The position numbers and the translations under genes are program-made. 63,353 nt of DNA from the NCBI GenBank assembly GCA_045630455.1, contig JAZQTD010000048.1, forward strand, positions 67,828 to 131,180, given 5' to 3'. Source of the stretch: Candidatus Enterousia sp. (GTDB taxonomy: Bacteria; Pseudomonadota; Alphaproteobacteria; Rs-D84). Below the pieces are notes generated by a model. It was given only the letters and a program-made list of their open reading frames with translations. It was not told the DNA's origin and made no database searches. Numbering within the stretch: the first letter of the stretch is position 1; each line of letters opens with the position of its first letter. This document shows, piece by piece, positions 38,957-49,069 of this stretch.

Positions 38957-39916
38957 ATGTTAGATATTCGTGAATTTGTCGTTAGTGAAGAAAGTGTTGG
39001 TGTGCGCCTAGATAAATTTTTATCCGCCCAAATGCCCGAATTTTCGCGCAGTGAAATTCAAAAGTTTACAGTTATGCGCAATGGTGCACCGGTTAAGTTT
39101 TCAGAAAAAACACGTGTGGGCGACACTTTTTCTGTGGCGGTTCCTGCGCCCCAGACAGATGTCGCAACTGAAAATATTTCATCTGATTTTGATTTAGAAA
39201 TTTTATTCGAAGACGAAGATATTATCGTGATTAATAAACCGCGCGGTGTTGTGATGTATCCGTCTGCGGGCAACAAGACGGGGACACTGGTTCAAAATAT
39301 CTTGGCGCATACGCATTTGTCTGCGCTGGGGGGCGACGTGCGCCCAGGTGTTGTACACAGATTGGACAAAGATACCAGTGGGGTTATGGTTTTTGCTAAA
39401 TCAGATGCGGCATATCGCGCATTGATTAAAATGTTTTCAGAACACGATTTAACCCGTAAATACGTATGCTTTGCGTGGGGTGTGCCAAATTGGGAAAGTG
39501 CGACAATTACTGGCAACATTGCGCGTTCTTCCCGTAATCGCCAGAAAATGACAATGGTAAAAACCGGTGGTAAACCCGCTCATACCGAGGTGGCGGTTAT
39601 AAACGCATTTCCGCGTGCAGGCGTGACACAGTTTCGCTGTACGTTGATGACGGGTCGTACGCACCAGATACGCGTGCATTTGTCGGCGCATGGATTTCCG
39701 GTCTTGTGTGACCCGATTTATGGTCGCGGTGCGGCGCGTTTGGGGTCTGTCAAGAATCCAGAATTGCTAGACTTTTTGCGCGAACACAATGGTCAGATGT
39801 TGCACGCAGAATTACTTGAATTTGTGCATCCAATAACAGGCGAACCCATGCATTTCAAATCGCGTCTGCCCGATGATATGGAAGAGTTAAAGTATCTGTT
39901 GTCTGAAATTGGATAA
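38957..39916 (+). CDS. rluD: RluA/RluD family pseudouridine synthase
   Basis: S4-like RLDKFL, INKPRG, HRLDKDTSG, TGRTHQIRVH, GDP-like CDPIYG. Confidence 0.9.
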   Translation: MLDIREFVVSEESVGVRLDKFLSAQMPEFSRSEIQKFTVMRNGAPVKFSEKTRVGDTFSVAVPAPQTDVATENISSDFDLEILFEDEDIIVINKPRGVVMYPSAGNKTGTLVQNILAHTHLSALGGDVRPGVVHRLDKDTSGVMVFAKSDAAYRALIKMFSEHDLTRKYVCFAWGVPNWESATITGNIARSSRNRQKMTMVKTGGKPAHTEVAVINAFPRAGVTQFRCTLMTGRTHQIRVHLSAHGFPVLCDPIYGRGAARLGSVKNPELLDFLREHNGQMLHAELLEFVHPITGEPMHFKSRLPDDMEELKYLLSEIG

Positions 39917-39997
39917 ATGTCTTGTTTTTGATTATTTTTTTCTTTCCAAGATAATGATTTTATGTTAAAATAAAGCAAAAGTATATGGAGTTTGGGA

Positions 39998-42900
39998 ATG
40001 TCATTCTTGAAAAAATCGGTTAGTTTATTGGCTTTTTTTGCTGTAATTCCTGCGGCTTATGCTGTGACAGCGCGCCCCAGTGTGACAAATATAGCAAATG
40101 CGACATCGCGTCGTTTGCCAACGTTGACTGCGTATATTAATTCTGGAACAACAACTACTACGTCTTCATCAACTTCTATGTCGGATACGGAATGTGTTGA
40201 TGCCTACACAGAATGTATGAAGGCTGACGATGCCTGTGGTTCTGAATTCGAAGAATGTACAACTCGTAAATTATTCCACGGTCAAATGCCAAAGTGCTTG
40301 AATGTATTGGCTCAGTGTTCGGCATCTGGTATTTCTGATTTGTTTGGTACGTCTGCAATTTCGTCCTTGGGTAACATCAAGACCATGGATTCTGCAACGG
40401 GTGAGGTTTTAGATTATACATACCCAACCAACGGCAGTGCAATGGGTCAATGGATATCTGCAGCGGCCATCAATAATCAGTATGATACAACGGCTTGTGT
40501 TAAGCGTTATACATCTTGTTTGAATAAGGATAGTGTTTGTGGTGCAGATTTTGAATTATGTACATCTGCGCGTGACTTTAAAAAACAGGCATTGTTGTGT
40601 GATTCAACATTGGCGCGCTGTCAAAGTGCGGGTGTTATAGAAATGTTGGGTGTGTATCCATGGACACCGTCCAGTGCGACGGTTGGCGGTCGCGTTAGCA
40701 CAATGATAGAAGATGGTGCTCAATTGGCGGCGATGAACGCGGTTTCTACGTGTTACAAGGTTGTAGAACAGTGCTTCTTGGGTGCGTGTGCAACGAATCC
40801 ATACCGTTGTATCGAAGGGTCTACCCTAGAAACAGTGACAGCAGCGAATTTGGTGGCTGAAACACCTGAGAATACAACCGCTGTGTTGTCAACTGGCGAT
40901 GTTGTGTCTAAAAGAGATATTAATCGTTTCTTGAAGACGTCTTGTTTGGATACGATTGGTGCAAATAAATATTGTCATATGACATTCCGCGAAAAAACAC
41001 CGACCAAGGGCGAATTGTCTGATGTCGATGTCCAAGAAGAAGTATTCGAAGCGGCAGTTGACCAACGCAAAAAATACATAGATTCCAAGATTCAAGATGC
41101 AATGCAGAAATTCGACACTCGTGCCAAGGATAAATGTGTCGCGACAATTCGTTCGTGTGCGATGCGTACCTGTGGCGAAGGGGTTGGTTCTGTATGTTAT
41201 ACATCTGTATTTGATGGAACAAACGAAAGCATTAACAAAGATTCTGTTCGTGCTCAAATCAAACGTGGGTGCGAAGCGATTGTTGATACCGACACAAATT
41301 GTCAGTATGCATACGCATCGGTCAAGGATCAGGTATATTCATACTCTTATTTAACCAGCGGTGTGTTTGACACATTGTTCCCTGCGTATGACGAAACGCA
41401 AAAGGCGGATCCAATCGGTGTTGTTGCATCATTGAACGCAACATTGGCGAACAATTACAGTGCAGCTGCAATCGCAGAAATGAAAAAACAATGTCAATCT
41501 GTTGCGACAAGTTGTGTCAAGACAATGTGTGGTACGGATTATGTAAATTGCTATCGCAACCGTACAGATATCGTATCTGACTTGACTCAATCTGGCGAGA
41601 CATCATTTGATAAATCAATGAACAAGGTTGGTGGTGTTTTGGACTATACGATTGTATTGGGGCTGTGTATGAACACGGTTAAAAATGCGGACGTTTGTGA
41701 TGAACACTTGAAAATCACATTAGCGCGTCTGGACCAGGGTGCGAAACAGACCAGCAGTTGGGGGGATTCTGCATCTGTTCGTGATGGCTGGGTTGATGCG
41801 GGTGGTGCTAAATCTGTAACGGTTGATACCGAAACGGTTCAAAAGACCGATGCTAGCGGTAACAAGATTTGCGCAAACTCTAAGGGATATGAAGGTGTTT
41901 GTAACAATGTTGATATCGACGGTGACATCTATGATGAACCTGTTATGGAGTCTTACAAGACATATCTGACAAATCAGTCTGCGACTACATTGTTACGTGA
42001 ATTGATTACGGATATCGAATACGAAGCCCAGGCAAAATATAATGCTAAATTAACAAAGCAACAGAATATGTGTATGTCTGCAAATTCTGGTGGTGTTATG
42101 GGCAAAAACGATTTGGGTTCAACATTCTTGTGGGCTAAGTTAAAGAATAACAAAGTTCCAACCAACTATGCCACAGCGGGCTTAAAACCAAGTCAGATTA
42201 TGGCAAGTAATGAATTGTATGGTTCGTTCTGCCGTGTTCGCGTGAATATTCAGTCTGATGACAAAGATATCCAAGATGTGATTAACAAAGGCGCAGATTG
42301 GGCAACGGCATACTTTGCGGCGGGCGACGCGTTCACTTGTGGCAGCTGGATAAGCGGTAAAGATTTGGAAAAAATCGCCGAAATTGTTGGCAAGGATGCT
42401 CGTACAGATGCTGAAAAGTCCCAAGTCAAGAATCTGGAATGGTGGCTGGCACCAATTGCAGCAATTGGAACGGGTGTCGGCGGTGCATACTTGGGCGCGG
42501 ATATTGCAAACGGTGACGTATTTGGCAAATTATCCGGTTTGAATTCAAATAAAAAGGATACAGATTCAGTAGAAGCGAATCAGAAGAGTTGCAAAAATAA
42601 TGTTGATTCTGCGACAACCTTGCTTGGGAGCTCTGATGACACAGATGCGGGTATTGTCGAAATGCATGTAGATGCGGTGATTGCCAATGCAAAAAAACTG
42701 GATATACCAACTGGTACAGTAAAAGGTTATCTGAAAGCATATAAAGATGCTGTGAAAGCATATAAAGATGCTGATAGCGCCACAAAGAACGCTAAACAAA
42801 CAGAAGCTGCGACCGCTAATACACAACTACAAAATGCCTTAAATGCATTAAAGGGTCAATGTGAGGCAGGAATTGATGATGAAGATGACAAAGATGCCAA

Positions 42901-43123
42901 AAAGACCAAAATTGCGGCTGGTGTGACTGGTGCGATCACAGCTATTGCAGGTGGTGCGTTGACATATCACATTACCAAGGCCATTCGTGATCAGCAGCTG
43001 GATAAAGCAGAAAGAGAAGCATATGACAAATTTATGGAAGAAATCGGCAGTCATATCTATTGTTACATCGGTGGCGAAGAAGCGGGCCAATACGGCGACG
43101 TCATCACAACCAGTATGGAATAA
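39998..43123 (+). CDS. Large secreted cysteine-rich repeat protein
   Basis: Signal peptide ending AYA, repeated Cys modules, two Gly/Ala-rich hydrophobic segments near the C-terminus. Confidence 0.75.
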   Translation: MSFLKKSVSLLAFFAVIPAAYAVTARPSVTNIANATSRRLPTLTAYINSGTTTTTSSSTSMSDTECVDAYTECMKADDACGSEFEECTTRKLFHGQMPKCLNVLAQCSASGISDLFGTSAISSLGNIKTMDSATGEVLDYTYPTNGSAMGQWISAAAINNQYDTTACVKRYTSCLNKDSVCGADFELCTSARDFKKQALLCDSTLARCQSAGVIEMLGVYPWTPSSATVGGRVSTMIEDGAQLAAMNAVSTCYKVVEQCFLGACATNPYRCIEGSTLETVTAANLVAETPENTTAVLSTGDVVSKRDINRFLKTSCLDTIGANKYCHMTFREKTPTKGELSDVDVQEEVFEAAVDQRKKYIDSKIQDAMQKFDTRAKDKCVATIRSCAMRTCGEGVGSVCYTSVFDGTNESINKDSVRAQIKRGCEAIVDTDTNCQYAYASVKDQVYSYSYLTSGVFDTLFPAYDETQKADPIGVVASLNATLANNYSAAAIAEMKKQCQSVATSCVKTMCGTDYVNCYRNRTDIVSDLTQSGETSFDKSMNKVGGVLDYTIVLGLCMNTVKNADVCDEHLKITLARLDQGAKQTSSWGDSASVRDGWVDAGGAKSVTVDTETVQKTDASGNKICANSKGYEGVCNNVDIDGDIYDEPVMESYKTYLTNQSATTLLRELITDIEYEAQAKYNAKLTKQQNMCMSANSGGVMGKNDLGSTFLWAKLKNNKVPTNYATAGLKPSQIMASNELYGSFCRVRVNIQSDDKDIQDVINKGADWATAYFAAGDAFTCGSWISGKDLEKIAEIVGKDARTDAEKSQVKNLEWWLAPIAAIGTGVGGAYLGADIANGDVFGKLSGLNSNKKDTDSVEANQKSCKNNVDSATTLLGSSDDTDAGIVEMHVDAVIANAKKLDIPTGTVKGYLKAYKDAVKAYKDADSATKNAKQTEAATANTQLQNALNALKGQCEAGIDDEDDKDAKKTKIAAGVTGAITAIAGGALTYHITKAIRDQQLDKAEREAYDKFMEEIGSHIYCYIGGEEAGQYGDVITTSME

Positions 43124-43128
43124 ATGAT

Positions 43129-43155
43129 AAAAATCCCGCCACGGCGGGATTTTTT
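43129..43155 (+). terminator. Intrinsic terminator
   Basis: AAAAATCCCGCC-AC-GGCGGGATTTTTT. Confidence 0.75.
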
Positions 43156-43198
43156 GTTGCTTGCAAATCGTGTATCTTTGTCTTAGAATTTAATCACT

Positions 43199-45244
43199 AT
43201 GAAATTCAAAAAGATTCTGCGTATATTTTTGAACATTGTGTTTTGGTGCTTTACTGCAGGCATCGCTGCTGTGGCGGCATTGGTGCTGATATACGGTAAT
43301 GATTTGCCAGATTACAAGAATCTGGCAACATACGCGCCACCGGTCGCAACGCGCCTTTATGCAGCGGATGGATCGCTGCTTATCGAATATGCCGAAGAAC
43401 GCCGTGTATTCATTGACTATGATGATATGCCACCACAATTGGTAAATGCTTTTGTTGCTGCCGAAGATCAAAATTTCTGGACTCACCCCGGTATCGATGT
43501 TCAGGGGATAATTCGTGCTGCTACAAATAACGCAATGCGTATGATGGGGTATAACGCAAAATTCTCGGGTGCATCCACCATCACGCAACAGGTTGCAAAA
43601 AATTTCTTTTTATCGTCTGAACGTACGATTTCCCGTAAAATAAAAGAAGCGATTTTGGCACTGCGTCTGGAACGTGCTTTTTCAAAACAGCATATTTTGA
43701 CCCTGTACCTGAACCAGATATTCTTAGGCGCGCGTGCGTATGGTGTAGGGTCTGCGGCATTGATGTATTTTAACAAGCCTGTATCCGAATTATCATTGGC
43801 ACAATGTGCGTTTCTGGCATCCTTGCCCAAGGCACCAAACAATCGTGAAGATGCAATTGGACGCCGTAATTATGTTCTGCGCCGTATGGTAGAAGAAGGC
43901 TATATAACCCAATCTGATGCCGATATTGCCGCCGCTGAAGAATTAGATATCAACAGTGGCTTTACCGCTCAAATGTCCGAAGAATTTCAATACTTTGCCG
44001 AAGATGTGCGTCGCCAACTGTTGCGTACCCTTGGGCGAGAGGTTTTGTATAACCAAGGTCTGTATATCAAAACAACAATTAACCCTGAATTTCAGCGCGC
44101 AGCAACCGCCGCTCTGGCCAAAGAACTGGATTCTTATAACGCAAATCATCCAGACTCAGAACCATTACAGGGCGCATTAATTGCAATGAATCCACATACA
44201 GGGCGCATTGTTGCAATGGTTGGTGGTCGTTCTTTTCGTGACAGTTCTTTTAACCGTGCGACCCAGGCGTATCGTCAAATTGGCTCTACGATAAAGCCGT
44301 TTGTATATCTGGCGGCACTGGAACGTGGGTACAGTCCACAAAGCCTGTTGCTGGATGCACCAATCGTTGGCATTCGCGAAGATTTAAGTGAATGGAAGCC
44401 TGAAAACTATGATAAAAAGTTCTTGGGCGATGTGCCATTACGTTTGTCGCTGGAAACATCGCGCAATGTGCCGACTGTGCGTTTGGTGCAAAGTATCGGA
44501 GAAAAAAACGCGATTGAAGCCGCCCAGCGTTTCGGGGTCTATCCCGCGGATATGAATAATATCAATTTGTCTATGGCGTTGGGGTCGGGCGAAACAACAC
44601 TGGAAAAATTAGTCTTGGGTTATTCTGCATTTATTAATGGCGGTCGTGATATTGAACCAAAAATGGTCGACTATATCGCAGACAGATACGGTCGTGTTGT
44701 GGGTGGGGCGGAATCTGAAATAATCGAATGGTCGCCGGACTTGTTACCACCAACTGTGATAGATGAATCTGATCCGTTATCAGACCCACAAAGCCTGTAT
44801 CAAATGGTGTCTATTTTACAGGGTGCTGTTGAACGCGGTACTGGTAAACAGGCACGTGTCAAAGGGCACACAATCGCCGGCAAAACAGGCACAACCAACG
44901 AAGTTAAAGACGTATGGTTTATCGGATTTTCCAAGAACTTAATCGCGGGTGTCTATCTGGGATTTGATAACCCAAAACCGCTGGGTAAGGGGGCGGGGTC
45001 ACATATGGCGGCACGTGTGTTTGCAGACTTTATGAAAACGGCACTGGCGGATGAAAAAAATCAGCCTTTCTCGGTTCCAAATGGTTTGACCTTTATTCGT
45101 GTTAATCGTAATTCTGGTGTGGCGGCGTCAGCCGATCCAAATGGCACTATTATTAGCGAGGCTTTCAAGCCCGACCAAAAACCAAACCCTGCACCGGTTG
45201 TAAAACAATCTGCGACCAGTGCAGTTGTTGGCGGTATCTTTTAG
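43199..45244 (+). CDS. mrcA: Penicillin-binding protein 1A (class A PBP)
   Basis: AAEDQNF, GASTITQQVAKN, RKIKE; transpeptidase STIK, SRN and KTGT motifs. Confidence 0.93.
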   Translation: MKFKKILRIFLNIVFWCFTAGIAAVAALVLIYGNDLPDYKNLATYAPPVATRLYAADGSLLIEYAEERRVFIDYDDMPPQLVNAFVAAEDQNFWTHPGIDVQGIIRAATNNAMRMMGYNAKFSGASTITQQVAKNFFLSSERTISRKIKEAILALRLERAFSKQHILTLYLNQIFLGARAYGVGSAALMYFNKPVSELSLAQCAFLASLPKAPNNREDAIGRRNYVLRRMVEEGYITQSDADIAAAEELDINSGFTAQMSEEFQYFAEDVRRQLLRTLGREVLYNQGLYIKTTINPEFQRAATAALAKELDSYNANHPDSEPLQGALIAMNPHTGRIVAMVGGRSFRDSSFNRATQAYRQIGSTIKPFVYLAALERGYSPQSLLLDAPIVGIREDLSEWKPENYDKKFLGDVPLRLSLETSRNVPTVRLVQSIGEKNAIEAAQRFGVYPADMNNINLSMALGSGETTLEKLVLGYSAFINGGRDIEPKMVDYIADRYGRVVGGAESEIIEWSPDLLPPTVIDESDPLSDPQSLYQMVSILQGAVERGTGKQARVKGHTIAGKTGTTNEVKDVWFIGFSKNLIAGVYLGFDNPKPLGKGAGSHMAARVFADFMKTALADEKNQPFSVPNGLTFIRVNRNSGVAASADPNGTIISEAFKPDQKPNPAPVVKQSATSAVVGGIF

Positions 45245-45268
45245 TTGAAACAAAAAAAGGGGGCTGGT

Positions 45269-45583
45269 ATGAAAAAAATAATAATTCCAATGATTGCGCT
45301 GGGGTGTTTGTGTGCATGCGATGCGCCCCAAGATTCAGCACCGAAAAATCCAACGTATTTATGTGGAAATTACGAAGTTGAAATGACTTTCTCGGACGAT
45401 GGCAATACTATGCACGCAGTTATTGCAGGCGATGCGGTTGATTTGTCTTTGGCAGTCAGTGCATCTGGCGCAAGATATGCGGGCGTACTGAATGATACAC
45501 CGATTGTTTTATGGGGCAAAGGTGACACTTGGACCATGTATGTCGGCCCAGAAGAAACAATGGTTGGGTGCGCTGTTAAATAA
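45269..45583 (+). CDS. MliC-like lysozyme inhibitor lipoprotein
   Basis: Lipobox LCAC, YLC, SASGARY, LWGKG. Confidence 0.85.
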   Translation: MKKIIIPMIALGCLCACDAPQDSAPKNPTYLCGNYEVEMTFSDDGNTMHAVIAGDAVDLSLAVSASGARYAGVLNDTPIVLWGKGDTWTMYVGPEETMVGCAVK

Positions 45584-45644
45584 CGTTTGTATTCATATTT
45601 TATTGTGATAAAATGGTCAGTGTAATAAGGTTAAGGAGTGTGTT

Positions 45645-46736
45645 ATGCTGACCGATTATTTTTTATCCCATGGTTTATCGTTTTTTGCAAGTGGCTGGAT
45701 GCAGTTTGGTGCGGCATTTGGTACTGCGTTTACAATAATGCTGATGTTTGGGCGACCGTTTATTCGCGCAATGCACGCATGGCAGAAAAAGGGGCAACCA
45801 ATCAGTGAAAATGTCCCAGAATCTCATCGTAAAAAAGCTGGCACTCCGACAATGGGCGGTGTACTGGTTGTGTTTGCAATTCTGGTTGGTGCGGTCTTGT
45901 TTATGCCGATGCACAATAATTTGCCAGGGTGGATTGCACTGCTGTCGCTGGTGATGTTTGGCATGCTGGGATTTGCAGACGATTATAAAAAGGTCACGTC
46001 ACAATCTAAGAAAGCATCAAATGGTCTGTCGCCAAAAACGCGCTTGGTTATCGAAGGGATTTTTGTTGCGATATTGGCGTATTTAATTAACCAGACAATG
46101 CCACCATATATCCCAGAATATTCATTAGCGATTGGTTCAGGGATTATTTTACCACTGGGGTTGTTGTACTATGTTTTTGCGTACTTTGTAATCTGTGGTG
46201 GTGCAAATGCGACAAATATCACAGACGGCTTGGATGGTATGTTGGCAAAGCTTTATATGCCTGTATTGGTTGTGTTGGTGGTTGCATTGTATGGTGCTAC
46301 ACGTATTGGCTTTATGGATACTGTTATGTTCTTGCCATCGGCCAGTGGTCTGTACCCAGTTCTGGGGGCGGCATTTGGTGCGGTGCTGGGGTTCTTGTGG
46401 TTTAATGCCAAGCCTGCGTCGATCTTTATGGGTGATGCAGGGTCACTGGCGCTGGGCGGTTTTATGGGTACGGTTGCAATGCTGTTAAAGTCTGAAATTT
46501 TAATGGGTATTGCCGCCGGTATGATGGTTTTGATTTTGCTGTCTTCATTTAGTCAGACAATGTATTTCAAAATCACACGCCGTATGACTGGCACGGGCAA
46601 GCGTATATTCTTGCGCGCGCCATTGCATCATCATTTCGAAGAATTGGGCTGGGCTGAAACGAAAATCGTAGACAGATTCTTTATTATATCGATTTTGTTC
46701 TCTGGATTAGCCTTGGCATTATTGAAATTCGCATAA
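45645..46736 (+). CDS. mraY: Phospho-N-acetylmuramoyl-pentapeptide transferase
   Basis: KAGTPTMGG, DDYKK, NITDGLDG, FMGDAGSLALG, APLHHHFE. Confidence 0.97.
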   Translation: MLTDYFLSHGLSFFASGWMQFGAAFGTAFTIMLMFGRPFIRAMHAWQKKGQPISENVPESHRKKAGTPTMGGVLVVFAILVGAVLFMPMHNNLPGWIALLSLVMFGMLGFADDYKKVTSQSKKASNGLSPKTRLVIEGIFVAILAYLINQTMPPYIPEYSLAIGSGIILPLGLLYYVFAYFVICGGANATNITDGLDGMLAKLYMPVLVVLVVALYGATRIGFMDTVMFLPSASGLYPVLGAAFGAVLGFLWFNAKPASIFMGDAGSLALGGFMGTVAMLLKSEILMGIAAGMMVLILLSSFSQTMYFKITRRMTGTGKRIFLRAPLHHHFEELGWAETKIVDRFFIISILFSGLALALLKFA

Positions 46737-46750
46737 AGGAAACGTGACAA

Positions 46751-47899
46751 ATGTTCAAATTGCCACCCAGAACCGAAGACAGTAAATTTACCAGTTGGTA
46801 TTATGGCACAGACCGTAAATTGCTGGGGTGTATATTGGCACTGATTTTTATCGGTATGCTGTGTGTTGTGTCGGCTGGTTCGGTTCAGGCCCTGCGTAAG
46901 GGTTGGGAATGGTATTATTTTTTGCAAAAGATGTTGCCTTTTTATGTGGTTGGTATTGGTACGCTGTTTGTGGCCAGTATGCTTAACAAAAAATGGGTGC
47001 TGGGGATATCTGCGCTTAATGTGGCAGTGTGTTTTTTGTTGCTGATATGGACGGTTATTCACCCTGTGGCCAGTCACGGTTCAGAACGCTGGGCGGTAAT
47101 TGGCGGACTGCGATTAATGCCGTCTGATATTATGAAGCCTGGCTTGGTGATAATGACCGCGTGGTTTTTGACAAAGTTAAAAGAAAAATTTGGCAATGAT
47201 ATATTTTTAAATCCGGCCCCCTGGAAACCAGCGGGATTGTCTTGGTGGACGTATCTGGTGCCATTTGGTCTTGTTCTGTTGATTTTGTTTAAGCAGCCCG
47301 ATATTGGTACAACATTGCTATTTATGGCGGTGGTTGGAACAATGCTGTTTATTGCGGGATTGCCACGAAAAATTTGGCTGCCGTTGTTGGGGCTGTTTGG
47401 TGGTGTTGGATTTTTGGCTTTCTTGTTTGTCCCACACGTGCACCGCCGTGTTCTGGAATTTTTTAAGCCGCTGGACCCCACGACCCAAGTTGGTTATTCC
47501 GTGAACGCAATCCGCCAAGGTGGCTTGTTCGGAATGGGTGACGAAGCGTTTGCCAAAGAATCTTTGCCAGATGCGCATACAGACTTTATATTTGCCGCAT
47601 TGGCAGAAGACTGGGGGGCAATATTGGCGTGCGGGGTATTAGTGCTGTTGCTGGTTGTGGTGCGGCGTTTGACGGTGACGGCTATGTCTGCACGTGATAC
47701 ATTTGTGTTTTATGCGGTTGGTGGCACAACGGCACTGTTTGCAAGTCAGATTTGCATTAATCTGGCAACGACATTGGGCCTGATGCCACCTAAGGGGATG
47801 ACATTACCATTTATATCTTCGGGGGGTAGTTCGTTTTTAGGTTATTGCCTGTTGTTTGGAATGATACTGGCAATTGTTCGCGAAGATAAATGGAAATAG
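46751..47899 (+). CDS. ftsW: SEDS peptidoglycan glycosyltransferase FtsW
   Basis: GSERW, KQPDIGT, LPDAHTDFIFA, PKGMTLPFISSGGSS; lies between mraY and murG. Confidence 0.9.
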   Translation: MFKLPPRTEDSKFTSWYYGTDRKLLGCILALIFIGMLCVVSAGSVQALRKGWEWYYFLQKMLPFYVVGIGTLFVASMLNKKWVLGISALNVAVCFLLLIWTVIHPVASHGSERWAVIGGLRLMPSDIMKPGLVIMTAWFLTKLKEKFGNDIFLNPAPWKPAGLSWWTYLVPFGLVLLILFKQPDIGTTLLFMAVVGTMLFIAGLPRKIWLPLLGLFGGVGFLAFLFVPHVHRRVLEFFKPLDPTTQVGYSVNAIRQGGLFGMGDEAFAKESLPDAHTDFIFAALAEDWGAILACGVLVLLLVVVRRLTVTAMSARDTFVFYAVGGTTALFASQICINLATTLGLMPPKGMTLPFISSGGSSFLGYCLLFGMILAIVREDKWK

Positions 47900-47914
47900 G
47901 TAAAGGAACAGAAG

Positions 47915-48961
47915 ATGAAAGTATGGATTGCAACAGGTGGTACTGGTGGACACGTTTTTCCAGCTATGGCGGTGGCCGAAGAACTGGTATCACGTGGTGC
48001 GCATGTGACGATTTCTTGTGATGGTCGCGTGCGTGAAATGGTGCGCAAGTCTAAACCACGTGGCGTGCGTATGGCGCATGTATGGGCATCTGGGGTTGGT
48101 GCAAAAAGCAAATTAAAACAAATGTGGGCGTTGTTCAAGATTGGTATGTCTGCGGTCGCATTAACATTGCGTTTTATGATATTCAGACCAAATCGTGTTG
48201 TTGCATTTGGTGGTTATGCATCTGTGCCGGCGGTATTTGCTGCGCACGTTTGGGGTGTGCCAACATTTTTGCATGAACAAAATGCAGCAATCGGTCGCGC
48301 AAATAAATTTACAATGCGCTGGGTTAAAACACTGATGACCAGTTTTCCACAGGTTTCAGGAATTCCATCGAATTCATCTGCGCGCGTTATTTATACCGGT
48401 CTGCCGGTCCGACGCGAGATATTGGCATACGCCGGTGCGCCATTGAGTGGGGCAGGGCGTGTTCTGGTGACGGGTGGGTCACTGGGGGCGACAATTTTGG
48501 ATGATGTTGTGCCGGGTGCAATTGTTGCAATGAAAAACAAAAAGATTTTCATCACGCATCAAACAAGACCTGAAAATGTTGCGCGCCTGCAAAAATTCTA
48601 TGCAGACAATAAAATTCACGCAAACGTTTTGTCGTTCATTAATGATATGGCGGGCGCAATTGCGGGTGCAGATTTAGTTATTGGGCGCAGTGGCGCATCG
48701 ACCGTCATAGAATTGGAAACAATTGGTCGGCCTGCGATATTGGTGCCGTTAAATATTAATCCAGACCAGGCTGCGAACGCAGAATCTTTTGCACGCCTTG
48801 GTGGTGGCTTTGCGATTGAGCAATCTAAGTTTACACAAAAGTGGCTAACTGCGACATTAACAGAATTGTTTGATAATCCATCACGATTGAAAAAAATGGC
48901 ACAAAAATCCTGTATTGAAAACAAAGCCGTTTCATTAATTGCTGATGCAGTTTTGGCATAA
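47915..48961 (+). CDS. murG: Lipid II synthase MurG
   Basis: GGTGGHVFP, GGY, HEQN, GGSLGA, RSGAST, Q..NA. Confidence 0.96.
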   Translation: MKVWIATGGTGGHVFPAMAVAEELVSRGAHVTISCDGRVREMVRKSKPRGVRMAHVWASGVGAKSKLKQMWALFKIGMSAVALTLRFMIFRPNRVVAFGGYASVPAVFAAHVWGVPTFLHEQNAAIGRANKFTMRWVKTLMTSFPQVSGIPSNSSARVIYTGLPVRREILAYAGAPLSGAGRVLVTGGSLGATILDDVVPGAIVAMKNKKIFITHQTRPENVARLQKFYADNKIHANVLSFINDMAGAIAGADLVIGRSGASTVIELETIGRPAILVPLNINPDQAANAESFARLGGGFAIEQSKFTQKWLTATLTELFDNPSRLKKMAQKSCIENKAVSLIADAVLA

Positions 48962-49069
48962 AATTTTACCCGCGTAATGCGGGTAATTTTTTATTATGAA
49001 TTTAGTGTGTTTTTCCACTTGCGCCAAATTCCTTATTTGTTCTATGATAATAACGGAAGGAAAGGAATT

